Positions 30,731 to 40,977 of a stretch of 64,000 nucleotides of DNA are shown here, in pieces. The stretch covers positions 30,165 to 94,164 of the forward strand of contig CAPNDH010000001.1 of assembly GCA_948664205.1 (NCBI GenBank), written 5' to 3'. Source of the stretch: an uncultured Clostridia bacterium. GTDB taxonomy: Bacteria > Bacillota > Clostridia > TANB77 > CAG-508. The notes beneath the pieces are model-generated. The model searched no databases, was not told the DNA's origin, and saw only the letters and a list, made by a program, of their open reading frames with translations. How positions within the stretch are numbered: the stretch's first letter is position 1; every line of letters begins with the position of its first letter. The position numbers were made by a program, and so were the translations under genes.

Positions 30731-31759
30731 CTATCTTGCTCCTGCTTTTTTTAATAGCTCAGCAATTTCAAATTTTTGTTTCATTTCTGCCTTAGTAAGA
30801 ATGTTTCCAAAGTCTTCAATACCTTCTCCAATAGCTTTATCATATGATATACATGCTCTATAAGCCTTAGCATCTATTATGTCATATTTCGCATTGACAT
30901 TTGCTCCTGCATCAATCAACATTTGCACTAATTCTGTATCGTTTGTATAGCTAACAGCAAACTTAATAAACATATCATTTCTTCTTACATCTAATAATTT
31001 ATTAGTTTTTATTATTCTTTTTGCAAATTCAATGTCATTAGCTTTAATAGCATCCCTATAATTCTCTGAAAAATTTGGACTTTTTTCTAATAAGACATCT
31101 CGCATTTCTCTATTCCATTCTTCTTTAGATGCTTGCATAGCTACTTCGTCATCACCCATATTGTTTTTTATTAGAAATTCCAATATTTCAGTGCTTTTAT
31201 TTTTTGCTGTATACCTAGCTAAACCATATGCATATATTGGAAGCCCATTACGTTTCCTTGCCTCAACTAAAGCCTTTAATAAGGGTAAGTCTTCTTCTTG
31301 TATAGCATAAATAAAAACATTTTGCATATTATTATAATCACCTAATTTAACTAATTGTGGAATAATACTTATATATCTCTTAATTACAACCGACATTAAT
31401 AAGTCATTTTTGGGATTATTTTGTCCAAAAGTTAAAAATCCTTTTCGGTGTAATGAGCGTATAACTAAATACAATGAGTATTCATCTAATTCTTCCATCA
31501 TTTTACTTTCTAAAATGTCTTTTGCTAATATAGATGTTGTTTTTTTGATTGCTTTTTCTTTAGCACTTGAATAATTATTTGTACTACCACAATATACTCT
31601 ACGAGTTCGATTTGGTGGTGAAAACAAACCCAAAGGGTGATATTCATTATCTTCTACTTCCATATAGTGCTCTTCTACATGATAAGCCCTATCAAATTCC
31701 TCTTCATAAATTTCGCAATACTTTTTTACGTACTTACTTCTTGCATATGATTGATTCAT
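30731..31759 (-). CDS. Ankyrin repeat protein
   Basis: 342 aa with repeated helix-turn-helix units, e.g. LIDAGANVNAKYD. Confidence 0.45.
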   Translation of the reverse strand: MNQSYARSKYVKKYCEIYEEEFDRAYHVEEHYMEVEDNEYHPLGLFSPPNRTRRVYCGSTNNYSSAKEKAIKKTTSILAKDILESKMMEELDEYSLYLVIRSLHRKGFLTFGQNNPKNDLLMSVVIKRYISIIPQLVKLGDYNNMQNVFIYAIQEEDLPLLKALVEARKRNGLPIYAYGLARYTAKNKSTEILEFLIKNNMGDDEVAMQASKEEWNREMRDVLLEKSPNFSENYRDAIKANDIEFAKRIIKTNKLLDVRRNDMFIKFAVSYTNDTELVQMLIDAGANVNAKYDIIDAKAYRACISYDKAIGEGIEDFGNILTKAEMKQKFEIAELLKKAGAR

Positions 31760-31926
31760 ACATATTCTCCTTTCAATTAATTAATTGATAAAGATTTATA
31801 CTAAGTGTCTCCTTATATATAACATGTTTTTGCAATTATGTCAATATCTCTGTTTAACTTTATTTTTTTCACAATTTCTCATATAAAAATCGATTTTTAG
31901 ATAAAACCTAAAAATCGCTTTTATAT

Positions 31927-33315
31927 TTAAAATTCTAGTTTTTCCTCTAACCACGCTGGTATTTCGTCTATTTTTAAACGTATTTGCTCCATTGTGTCTC
32001 TATCACGTATTGTTACTGTGTCATCTTCTAATGTGTCAAAGTCTACTGTTACACAGTAAGGTGTTCCTATTTCATCTTCTCTTCTATAACGTTTTCCTAT
32101 TGAGCCTGCTTCATCGTAGTCACACATAAATTTCTTTGATAATTTTGTATATACTTCATCTGCTTTTTCACTTAGTTTTTTAGATAGTGGTAGTACTGCT
32201 ACTTTGTATGGTGCTAGTGCTGGATGTAAGTGCAGAACTGTTCTTGTGTCTCCTTCTGCTATCTCTTGTTCTTCGTAGCTGTTACATAACATTGCTAGGA
32301 ATATTCTATCTACACCAACTGCTGGTTCTACGCAGTATGGTACATATTTTTCATTTGTTTCTGCGTCTAAGTATGTTAAATCTTGTTTTGATGCTTCCAT
32401 ATGTCTTGATAAGTCATAGTCTGTTCTATCTGCTATTCCCCATAGTTCTCCCCAACCAAATGGGAATAAAAATTCTATATCTGTTGTTCCTTTACTATAG
32501 AATGATAGTTCTTCTTTTGAGTGTTCTCTCATTCTTAAGTTTTCTTCTTTTACTCCTAAACTTAATAACCAATCTTTACAGAATTTTTTCCAGTATTCAT
32601 ACCATTCTAAATCTGTTCCTGGTTTGCAGAAAAATTCTAATTCCATTTGTTCGAATTCTCTTGTTCTGAATATAAAGTTTCCTGGTGTTATTTCATTTCT
32701 AAAAGAACGACCCATTTGACCTATTCCCATTGGCATTTTCCTTCTTGTTGTACGTAGTACATTTTTAAAGTCTACAAACATTCCTTGTGCTGTTTCTGGT
32801 CTTAGGTATACTTCTGATTTTGCATCTTCTGTTACTCCCATAAATGTTTTGAACATTAAGTTGAATTTTCTTATTTCTGTAAATTCTTGTTTACCACAGT
32901 TTGGACAAGTAATATTATTTTCATTTATATATTCTACTAATTGTTCATTTGTCCAACCATCTAATCCTGAAATGTCTTTTCCTTTACTAAATCCCCATTC
33001 TTCTATTAATTTGTCTGCTCTATGTCTTGTTTTACATGATTTACAATCTATTAGTGGATCTGAAAAGCCTCCTACGTGACCTGTTGTTACCCATACTTGT
33101 GGGTTCATCATAATTGCAGCATCTATTCCTACATTGTATTTATTTTCTATTATAAATTTTCTCCACCAAGCATCTTTAATATTTTTCTTAAGTTCTGCTC
33201 CTAATGGTCCATAATCCCAAGAATTTGCTAAACCTCCATAAATTTCCGACCCTGGGTATACAAACCCTCTGTTTTTGCATAATGCAACTAGTTTTTCCAT
33301 TGTTAATTCTGACAT
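31927..33315 (-). CDS. glyQS: Glycine--tRNA ligase, dimeric class II; ORF-track N-terminal extension trimmed to MSELTMEKL after RBS AAAGGAGG
   Basis: [39 protein letters not shown]... full-length match. The ORF-track extension reads through a palindromic repeat. Confidence 0.9.
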   Translation of the reverse strand: MSELTMEKLVALCKNRGFVYPGSEIYGGLANSWDYGPLGAELKKNIKDAWWRKFIIENKYNVGIDAAIMMNPQVWVTTGHVGGFSDPLIDCKSCKTRHRADKLIEEWGFSKGKDISGLDGWTNEQLVEYINENNITCPNCGKQEFTEIRKFNLMFKTFMGVTEDAKSEVYLRPETAQGMFVDFKNVLRTTRRKMPMGIGQMGRSFRNEITPGNFIFRTREFEQMELEFFCKPGTDLEWYEYWKKFCKDWLLSLGVKEENLRMREHSKEELSFYSKGTTDIEFLFPFGWGELWGIADRTDYDLSRHMEASKQDLTYLDAETNEKYVPYCVEPAVGVDRIFLAMLCNSYEEQEIAEGDTRTVLHLHPALAPYKVAVLPLSKKLSEKADEVYTKLSKKFMCDYDEAGSIGKRYRREDEIGTPYCVTVDFDTLEDDTVTIRDRDTMEQIRLKIDEIPAWLEEKLEF

Positions 33316-33336
33316 TTTAATTCCTCCTTTTATAAT

Positions 33337-33440
33337 TGGAGGTTGGAAGTTGGAGATTGGAGATTGGAACTTCTGGGGAATTCCTTCGAAGAATTTACCC
33401 CATATTCCAACTTCCAACTTCTAACTTCTAACTTCCATAT
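33337..33440. repeat. Long palindromic Family-1 element (heptad arrays flank a GGGGAATTCCTTCGAAGAATTTACCCC core) between the T-box terminator and the glyQS RBS
   Basis: GGAAGTT GGAGATT GGAGATT GGAACTT ... CCAACTT CCAACTT CTAACTT CTAACTT CC. Both arms are visible in the sequence. Confidence 0.75.
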
Positions 33441-33700
33441 AAAAAAACTTTCATTCCTAGCCTTTTAGCTAGGGACGAAAGTTTTATTTTTCCGCGGTTC
33501 CACCCTAATTGGTAATTATTTTTGTTAATTACCCTCTTTTATTTTTATATGCTCCAAAGCTCCCCACAAATATTTTATTGTTGGCTTTCACCTTAACCCA
33601 ACTCTCTTTTTAATAAAATAATTTTGCTTTTTCTCTTTCATTGCATTTATATTTAACTAATTTATATTATTTTATTCTTTTTTTATAATAAAGTCAATAT
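33432..33700 (-). promoter_or_regulatory. T-box riboswitch leader of glyQS with intrinsic terminator
   Basis: Minus-strand AAUUAGGGUGGAACCGCGG T-box sequence (33492-33510). Terminator hairpin 33441-33485 followed by a U-tract. Confidence 0.7.
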
Positions 33701-33751
33701 AAATATTAATATTTCGCTATTTTTTTAACTTGTAATTATAATTCATTAAAT

Positions 33752-34558
33752 TTATTTAGCAATTTTATATTTACCTCTAAATACAACTTTTTCATTATCT
33801 GGTATTATACTATTTACTACTATATTAATTTTTCCTTCTTGATTTATATTCGCTGATACAGCTCTGCCTCCAGATTCTGTTATTTGTAGCGGTTCTAATT
33901 CTATTGCTTTTGGTAGATCAGTAAACGCTGTATACTTGCCCGCCCAATTAGGAGATTTATTTGTAAGCGCAACTATATATACATATACCATATTCCCTTG
34001 TATCATATAACCACCTTGTATATTTTTAAATCTATCTTCATATATTTTAATTTCTTCTGAACTGTAATTTGTTATATCATATAATATATTATCACTAATT
34101 ACATTTTCTGTTTTATTGTTTGCAACTTTTATTCCATCTATACTTGCTAATTGAAGTGATGAGTTTATTTCGAATTCATATGGGTATTGATTTAATTTTG
34201 TGAATATTGATGTTTTATTTCCTACTGTTACTTTTTCTTTATCTGCCACTTTACTTTCTAATGCTACATATTGAATTTCATTATCTTCATATAGTATATC
34301 AGCTAACTCTTGAAGTGTTGGCATCTCTTGTTTTTCTGCATATTTATTCATTTGTACTGTAGTTATTTTTAAATTTATTATTTCTGTAGCTGTTTGCTTA
34401 TTGGTGACCTCTTTTGCTTGCTTTGTTCTTGTAAATACTCCGTTATTTTCTAAGCTTAAATATATTCCTATACTCGATAATATTATTAATATTATTATTG
34501 TTATTACTAATGAAATTAATGTTATTCCCTCACTTTTTTCTTTTCTCTTATTATTCAT
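33752..34558 (-). CDS. Prepilin-type N-terminal domain protein (pseudopilin-like)
   Basis: 268 aa. KSEGITLISLVITIIILIIL resembles a class III signal or N-methylation motif, but lacks E at +5. Confidence 0.45.
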   Translation of the reverse strand: MNNKRKEKSEGITLISLVITIIILIILSSIGIYLSLENNGVFTRTKQAKEVTNKQTATEIINLKITTVQMNKYAEKQEMPTLQELADILYEDNEIQYVALESKVADKEKVTVGNKTSIFTKLNQYPYEFEINSSLQLASIDGIKVANNKTENVISDNILYDITNYSSEEIKIYEDRFKNIQGGYMIQGNMVYVYIVALTNKSPNWAGKYTAFTDLPKAIELEPLQITESGGRAVSANINQEGKINIVVNSIIPDNEKVVFRGKYKIAK

Positions 34559-34670
34559 TTGTTTTCCTCCATTTTTATAATTGTTCTAGTATAGAACAAT
34601 TATAAAATAAATTTATTATAAAATCAATAAAAATTGTTCTATTTTTGAACATTTTTTATTAGGAGGTAAT

Positions 34671-34919
34671 ATGCATAAAATAAATCAATATAATAATAAT
34701 CTTAATATTATTGGTGATAATATTAAAATATTACGTAAAAAGCAAAATCTTTCTCAAGAATATTTATGCGCGAGAATGCAAACAATGGGATATAAAATTA
34801 GTCGTTCTGATATGTCTAAAATTGAAAATAATAAAAAATTCATTTCAGATTTTGAAGTTTTAGGATTTGCAAAAGCTCTTAAAGTTAGAGTTAGCAATTT
34901 ATATAATGGATTCGAATAA
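34671..34919 (+). CDS. XRE-family helix-turn-helix transcriptional regulator
   Basis: 82 aa, IKILRKKQNLSQEYLCARMQTMGYKISRSDMSKIENN. Terminator hairpin 34920-34939. Confidence 0.7.
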   Translation: MHKINQYNNNLNIIGDNIKILRKKQNLSQEYLCARMQTMGYKISRSDMSKIENNKKFISDFEVLGFAKALKVRVSNLYNGFE

Positions 34920-34971
34920 GGATGGTATAATAACCATCCCTATATTATTTAATATTTATTATTTTAAAGTT

Positions 34972-35027
34972 CCCAAAAGGGACAGATTACCCATTAGGAA
35001 ACGTCCACAATGGACACCCCATGCACA
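34972..35027 (-). repeat. Family-3 element (degenerate copy) abutting the murC stop codon
   Basis: CCCAAAAGGGACAGATTACCCATTAGGAAACGTCCACAATGGACACCCCATGCACAC. Confidence 0.45.
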
Positions 35028-36407
35028 CTATTTAAGCATCATATCTCCTAATTGTGTTATTGTTCCTGCTCCTAAGGTTAATATTATATCATCTTTTTGT
35101 ACATTTTCATTTAAGTAGTTTATTATATCACTAAACTGTGGTATATATATTGCTTTTCTTCCCATTTCTTTTAGTTTTTTTACTATGTCTTCTGAAGATA
35201 CTCCATATGTGTTTATTTCTCTTGCTGCATATATATCTGTTACTATTATATTATCAAAATATGTTAAGCTTTCTGCAAATTCATTTAAATGGTTTGCTGT
35301 TCTACTATAGGTGTGCGGTTGAAAAACTACCCATGAATGATTATATGTCTTTTTCTTTAAACCTAATGCTGTTGCTTTTATTTCTGTTGGATGATGTCCA
35401 TAATCATCGTATACACTAGCTCCATTAAAGTTTCCTTTATATTCAAATCTTCTATGTGCCCCTGTGTATTTTTTTAAACCTGATTTTATATCTTGCTTTT
35501 CTATTCCATAGCTATGGCATAATGCAATACAAGCTAAAGCATTAAGTACATTGTGTGGTCCTGGAACTGATAATTCAAATGATCCATAAAAATTATTGTT
35601 GTAATATACGTCAAACCTTGGGAAACCATCTTTACTATATGTTATTCCTCTTGCTATAAAGTTTGCTTTTTCATTTTCTATAGCATATGTAACTACTTTT
35701 GCATTTGTATATCTGTGTAGCTCGCTACAGTATTTGTTATCTATGTTTGTAACTAATAAGCCATCATCTGGTAACAATCCTACATATTTTATAAAAGCTT
35801 TATTTATATTTTCAATGTTTTTAAAATAGTCTAAATGGTCGTTATCTATATTTAATATTACTTCTGCTCTTGGATAAAATTTTAGGAAGCTTTCTACATA
35901 TTCACAAGCTTCTATTATAAAATGTTCACTATTTCCTATTCTATAATTTCCATTTATTGCTTTTAATTCTGCACCTACCTGTATTGATGGGTCTTTACAG
36001 GCTTCTATAAAACACATTGATACCATTGATGTTGTTGTTGTTTTTCCATGTGTTCCTGATATACAAATTGTATCTCTAAAAGCTTTTGTTATTTTTCCTA
36101 AAAAATCTGCTCTTTCTATTGTTTCTATTCCAAGTTCTTTTGCTCTTACAAGCTCTGGATCATCTTGTTTTATTGCTGCTGTATACACAACCACATCAGA
36201 TTTACCTACCATGTTTACATCATGACCTATTACCACATGTATTCCATCTAAATTTAATTTTCTTGTGGTATCAGATTCTGTTCTATCTGAGCCAGTAACA
36301 ACAAAACCCCATTTTTTTAGAATTTCTGCTATACCGCTCATACTGACTCCACCAATACCTATCATATGTATATGTTTATATTTTCTTAATTCTTCTATAT
36401 TTGCCAA
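35028..36407 (-). CDS. murC: UDP-N-acetylmuramate--L-alanine ligase
   Basis: 459 aa, HMIGIGGVSMSGIAE...GTHGKTTTTSM; Mur ligase motifs. Confidence 0.9.
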   Translation of the reverse strand: MANIEELRKYKHIHMIGIGGVSMSGIAEILKKWGFVVTGSDRTESDTTRKLNLDGIHVVIGHDVNMVGKSDVVVYTAAIKQDDPELVRAKELGIETIERADFLGKITKAFRDTICISGTHGKTTTTSMVSMCFIEACKDPSIQVGAELKAINGNYRIGNSEHFIIEACEYVESFLKFYPRAEVILNIDNDHLDYFKNIENINKAFIKYVGLLPDDGLLVTNIDNKYCSELHRYTNAKVVTYAIENEKANFIARGITYSKDGFPRFDVYYNNNFYGSFELSVPGPHNVLNALACIALCHSYGIEKQDIKSGLKKYTGAHRRFEYKGNFNGASVYDDYGHHPTEIKATALGLKKKTYNHSWVVFQPHTYSRTANHLNEFAESLTYFDNIIVTDIYAAREINTYGVSSEDIVKKLKEMGRKAIYIPQFSDIINYLNENVQKDDIILTLGAGTITQLGDMMLK

Positions 36408-36540
36408 GTTATTCGCCCTCTCCTTTTTTAGTGTTCTAGCTTATTATACAATCTAAATGTATTTTTTTCAATACATTTTGTAAAAGTTATTTTTATGTCG
36501 AATTTTGTAGTATTGCAATTTTTAAAATATTATTTTGTAT

Positions 36541-36659
36541 TGTAGAAGTCGCCGCCTTATCATGCAACTTGTGCTTCAACGAAATTACTTAAATAAAATA
36601 TGTATTTTTATAGCATTTCTTCGAAGATCGGGTCGCTTGATAAGGCGGCGACCCCTACA
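36541..36659. mobile_element. MITE-like Family-1 element with about 22-bp terminal inverted repeats
   Basis: TGTAGAAGTCGCCGCCTTATCA ... TGATAAGGCGGCGACCCCTACA. Internal CAACGAAATT...GCATTTCTTCGAAG is shared with the copy at 47528-47632. Confidence 0.7.
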
Positions 36660-36757
36660 ATTATTATATGTTATTTATTATATAAAGTTACAATTCAAGG
36701 TTAAATCATCCTATAATTATTCACTATTAACTATTCATTATTCACTTAGGCTTCCTT

Positions 36758-38011
36758 TCAGGAAGCTGCTTTCAGCATCATATCTGCAAATACGCCATAG
36801 CCTGTTGTTGGATCATTTACTAATACATGTGTTACTGCTCCTATAAATTTTCCATTTTGTATTATTGGAGATCCACTCATTCCTTGTATTATTCCTCCTG
36901 TTTTTTCTAGTAATTCTTTATCTGTTACTTTAATTAACATACTTTTATTATCTTTATTATTTGTTAAATATAGTTTTTGTATTTCTATATCGTAGTATTG
37001 TTTATTTCCATTTTCAAGTTCACAAATTATTTGTGCTTTTCCTAATTTTACTTCATTTCTAGGTGCTACTTCCATTTCTTTTTCTGTAATATCTAATTTA
37101 CTACTACTTACTGCTTTTCCAAATACTCCGAAACTTGTATTTTTGTATACATCTCCTATTTTTCCTTGTCCTTCTATACTTCCTTTTATCTCACCAGGCT
37201 TTCCTTTTTCTCCCTTTGTTATAGATATTATATTTGAATTTACAAGTTCTCCATTTGCTATTGTTATTAAATTTCCTGTATCTATATCTGTAATTCCATG
37301 TCCTAATAATGCAAATTTTCCTGTTGTTGGTTCATAAAATGTAGCTGTTCCTACTCCGGCTGCTGCGTCCCTTACCCATAAACCTAATTTATATTCATTT
37401 TCCTTTGTTTTTGCTGGCGTAATATTTGTTATTATTTCTTCATTACTATTTTCTTTTATATACCTTAATTCAACTTGTTTTCCTTTAGATGCATTTACAG
37501 TTTCTATTAAATCATCTGTATTTGATATTTCTTTATTATTTATTGAAATTATTCTATCTCCTTCTACTATTCCTAAATTTTCATACGGCTTTACACCCTC
37601 TATTTCAGACATTCCTACTACTAACACACCTTTTGTATATAGCTTTAGTCCAATCGAATTCCCCAATGGTATTACTTTTGTTTTTGGTATTACATTTACT
37701 GTTACATTTTCTAGTGTCAATTTATTAAATAAATTGACACTCATATCTATTTTTCCAATTTCTAAATTTTCATTATTTTCTATATCTCCTGAGGTTTCTA
37801 ATACTGAATTTTGTTTATTTATATTAATATTTCTATTTGTTGTTTCTGTTTCTTTTAAATTTACACCCCATAATGTTGCAAGTTCTAATTTTTCTCCTTG
37901 TAACAAAGTTATGCTTTTAGGTATTAATGTTATATTTGCTACATATAAATATAAAACTAATAAAATGGTTAAAATAATAATAAGTTTTAGATATTTTTTC
38001 AAGTTTATCAT
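36758..38011 (-). CDS. spoIVB: Stage IV sporulation protein B (S55 peptidase with PDZ)
   Basis: 417 aa with a PDZ region and C-terminal GMSGSPIIQNGKFIGAVTHV catalytic serine motif. Confidence 0.8.
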   Translation of the reverse strand: MINLKKYLKLIIILTILLVLYLYVANITLIPKSITLLQGEKLELATLWGVNLKETETTNRNININKQNSVLETSGDIENNENLEIGKIDMSVNLFNKLTLENVTVNVIPKTKVIPLGNSIGLKLYTKGVLVVGMSEIEGVKPYENLGIVEGDRIISINNKEISNTDDLIETVNASKGKQVELRYIKENSNEEIITNITPAKTKENEYKLGLWVRDAAAGVGTATFYEPTTGKFALLGHGITDIDTGNLITIANGELVNSNIISITKGEKGKPGEIKGSIEGQGKIGDVYKNTSFGVFGKAVSSSKLDITEKEMEVAPRNEVKLGKAQIICELENGNKQYYDIEIQKLYLTNNKDNKSMLIKVTDKELLEKTGGIIQGMSGSPIIQNGKFIGAVTHVLVNDPTTGYGVFADMMLKAAS

Positions 38012-38082
38012 CCTTTCAAAAATTTTATTCTTGTTTTATTATTATTTTAACCATTTTTATTTTTTTGAAACATTATTAATTT

Positions 38083-38670
38083 TTATTTTAATTTTGTTAT
38101 AGCTAGTCCATCTCCAACTTCTAGAATTTCGGTTTCTAGGTTTGGATTGCTAGTAACATCGTGAATATATTCTCTTAAATTTCGTACTGCTGTACGTTGT
38201 TTATGTTTGTTATAATCACTCATTACATATCCTTTATATAATATGTTATCTGCTAATATTACCCCACCTTCATTTAACATTCTTAGTGCTTCTTTTAAGA
38301 AAAATGGATATTTCCCTTTTGCAGCATCTATGAATATCATGTCATATTTTTCATTTAAAGTAGGTAATATTTCTACTGCATCCCCTTCATAAATATTTAT
38401 TTTTTCTGCCACCCCTACTTTTTTTATATTTTCTTTTGCCTCGGCTATTCTTTCTTCATCTCGCTCAATTGTATCTATTTTTCCACCTTCAAGTAAATAT
38501 TCTGAAAAACACATTGCAGAATATCCTACTGCTGTGCCTATTTCTAGTATCTTTTTAGGTTTTAGTTTTGTTAAAATTTTATCTACTACTTCCAATGTAT
38601 CATCCATTATTATTGGTATATGTTCTTCTAGAGCTTTTTCTTTTATTTTTTCTAGTTCTTGTTTATTCAT
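38083..38670 (-). CDS. Class I SAM-dependent O-methyltransferase (family 3, YrrM-like)
   Basis: 195 aa, ILEIGTAVGYSAMCF...IFIDAAKGKY. Confidence 0.7.
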   Translation of the reverse strand: MNKQELEKIKEKALEEHIPIIMDDTLEVVDKILTKLKPKKILEIGTAVGYSAMCFSEYLLEGGKIDTIERDEERIAEAKENIKKVGVAEKINIYEGDAVEILPTLNEKYDMIFIDAAKGKYPFFLKEALRMLNEGGVILADNILYKGYVMSDYNKHKQRTAVRNLREYIHDVTSNPNLETEILEVGDGLAITKLK

Positions 38671-38708
38671 TTTATTTCCTCTTTTATTTTATAATTTCTA
38701 ATATAAAA

Positions 38709-38760
38709 GGGCGTAATTCGGTATTTCTCATAGGTATTCCTTACCGATTAAGCCCCTACA
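38709..38760. repeat. Family-2 hairpin element
   Basis: GGGCGTAATTCGGTATTTCTCATAGGTATTCCTTACCGATTAAGCCCCTACA. Confidence 0.75.
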
Positions 38761-38818
38761 TTTAATAATTATTCACTATTCATTCTTCATTATTCACTTA
38801 GCACGTAAGTGCGCTTTA

Positions 38819-40672
38819 TTATCTTCTTGCTTCTCTTTCTCTTGTTTTTGTGTCTAGTGTTTTCTTTCTTAAACGAATATTTTTTGGTGTTACTTCTACT
38901 AGCTCATCTTCTGCTATGAATTCTATTGCTTTTTCTAGTGACATTTGAAGTGGTGGTACTAGACGTAGTGCGTCATCTGAACCTGAGGCTCTTGTGTTTG
39001 TTAGGTGCTTTTCTTTACATACGTTTATTGCTATATCTTCATTTCTTGAGTTTATTCCTACTATCATTCCCTCATATACATCTACACCTGCTCCTATTAG
39101 TAGTTCTCCTCTTTCTTGTGCATTATATAAACCATATGTTACACTTGTTCCTTGTTCCCATGCTACTAGTACTCCTCTTGTTCTTGCTTGTATGTCTCCT
39201 TTAAATGGTTCGTAGCAATCAAATATTGAGTTCATTGTTCCTTCACCTTTTGTATCTGTTAAAAACTCTGTTCTATAACCTATTAGTCCACGTGCTGGTA
39301 TTTTGAATTCTACTTTTGTGTGTCCCGCTTCTGCTGGTTCCATATTTGTCATTTCACCTTTACGTCTTCCTAATTTTTCTATTACTGTTCCTATTGATTC
39401 GTCTGGTACATTTACTACTAGTCTTTCTACTGGTTCACATTTTACACCATCTATTTCTTTGAATATAACTTTTGGACGTGATACTAATAGTTCAAATCCT
39501 TCTCTTCTCATTGTTTCTATTAATACTGATAAGTGTAGTTCCCCACGTCCACATACTTCGAAACTATCTGCTGAATCTGTTTCTTTTACACGTAAAGACA
39601 CATTTCTTTCTAGTTCTTTGAATAATCTATCTCTAATGTGACGTGATGTTATGAATTCTCCTTCTTTTCCTGCAAATGGTCCATTGTTTACACTAAATGT
39701 CATTGATACTGTTGGTTCATCTATATCTACAAAAGGTATTTTTTCTGGGTTATTTAGGTCACATATTGTGTCTCCTATGTTAATATCTGCTACACCTGAT
39801 AGTGAAACTATATCTCCTGCTGTTGCTTCTTCTACTTCTGTTCTTTTTAGACCTTGATATGTGAATAGTTTTGCTACTTTTCCTTGTGCATTTTTTTCTT
39901 GCTTACATATTGCTATTGGCATTCCTGCTTTTATTGTGCCACGTTCTATTCTTCCTACTGCTATTCTTCCTAGGTAGTCATCATAGTCTATGTTTGAAAC
40001 TAGCATTTGCGCTGGTCCATCTATTTCACATTCTGGCGCATCTATATATTTTACTATTGTATCAAATATACAGTTTACATTATCACTTTCTTCTGATAGG
40101 CTCATTTTCGCTATTCCACTTTTTGCTGATGCATATATTACTGGGAAGTCTAATTGGTCATCATTTGCATCTAATTCTATGAATAGTTCTAGTACTTTGT
40201 CTACTACTTTTTCAGGGTCTGATCCTGGTCTATCTATTTTATTTATTACTACTATTGGTTTTAAGTTTAATGCCAATGATTTTTTAAGTACCTCTCTTGT
40301 TTGAGGCATTGGTCCTTCAAATGCATCTACTAATAGTAATACTCCATCTACTGTTTTTAGTACACGTTCTACTTCTCCACCGAAATCTGCGTGACCTGGT
40401 GTATCTACTATATTTATTTTTATATCATTATACATTACTGATGTATTTTTTGAAAGAATTGTTATTCCTCTTTCTTTTTCTAGGTCATTTGAGTCCATTA
40501 CTCTTTCTGCTACTTGTTCATTTTCTCTAAATACATGACTTTGACGTAGTAGGCAGTCTACTAACGTTGTTTTTCCGTGGTCAACGTGTGCAATTATTGC
40601 TATATTTCTTATATTTTCATTTTTCATTTTTATTTTTCCCCTTTCAAAATTCGAAGAATTTTGTACTTTCAC
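38819..40672 (-). CDS. typA: Translational GTPase TypA/BipA
   Basis: 617 aa, NIAIIAHVDHGKTTLVD...DTPGHADFGGEVERVL, with EF-G-like domains. Confidence 0.9.
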   Translation of the reverse strand: MKVQNSSNFERGKIKMKNENIRNIAIIAHVDHGKTTLVDCLLRQSHVFRENEQVAERVMDSNDLEKERGITILSKNTSVMYNDIKINIVDTPGHADFGGEVERVLKTVDGVLLLVDAFEGPMPQTREVLKKSLALNLKPIVVINKIDRPGSDPEKVVDKVLELFIELDANDDQLDFPVIYASAKSGIAKMSLSEESDNVNCIFDTIVKYIDAPECEIDGPAQMLVSNIDYDDYLGRIAVGRIERGTIKAGMPIAICKQEKNAQGKVAKLFTYQGLKRTEVEEATAGDIVSLSGVADINIGDTICDLNNPEKIPFVDIDEPTVSMTFSVNNGPFAGKEGEFITSRHIRDRLFKELERNVSLRVKETDSADSFEVCGRGELHLSVLIETMRREGFELLVSRPKVIFKEIDGVKCEPVERLVVNVPDESIGTVIEKLGRRKGEMTNMEPAEAGHTKVEFKIPARGLIGYRTEFLTDTKGEGTMNSIFDCYEPFKGDIQARTRGVLVAWEQGTSVTYGLYNAQERGELLIGAGVDVYEGMIVGINSRNEDIAINVCKEKHLTNTRASGSDDALRLVPPLQMSLEKAIEFIAEDELVEVTPKNIRLRKKTLDTKTREREARR

Positions 40673-40796
40673 TATTCATTCTTCACTTTTCACTATATTA
40701 ATTTTTCCATTATTATCGGGCAGACACATTTCGCCTGCCCTCCCAAGCCGTAGGTTTGTACTATTCACTATTAACTATTCACTATTCACTGAACAA

Positions 40797-40945
40797 TTCC
40801 TTCGAAGTGCGGGCGATTGGCTTTGCATAACTTATCTCTAACTCGCTAATCGCTCGAAGAGCTAAGAAAATAATCGCCCCTACGTTTCTTTTATGTTTTC
40901 TATATGTTGTAGTTACACAGGCCGACGAAGGCGACGACCCCTACG
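40797..40945. repeat. Family-1 long element plus adjacent mini-element, preceded by a TATTCAC heptad array
   Basis: TTCGAAGTGCGGGCGATT...AATCGCCCCTACG and TGTAGTTACACAGGCCGACGAAGGCGACGACCCCTACG. Heptads TATTCAC x4 at 40761-40790. Confidence 0.7.
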
Positions 40946-40977
40946 GTGGTTTTATTATATAGATTTTTTGTTTTTCT

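Noticed and set aside
33316-33417. N-terminal 34-aa extension of the glyQS ORF ([18 protein letters not shown]...)
   Set aside because: The extension is a translation of the palindromic repeat element and the T-box terminator flank. The real start is the ATG at 33315 with RBS AAAGGAGG.
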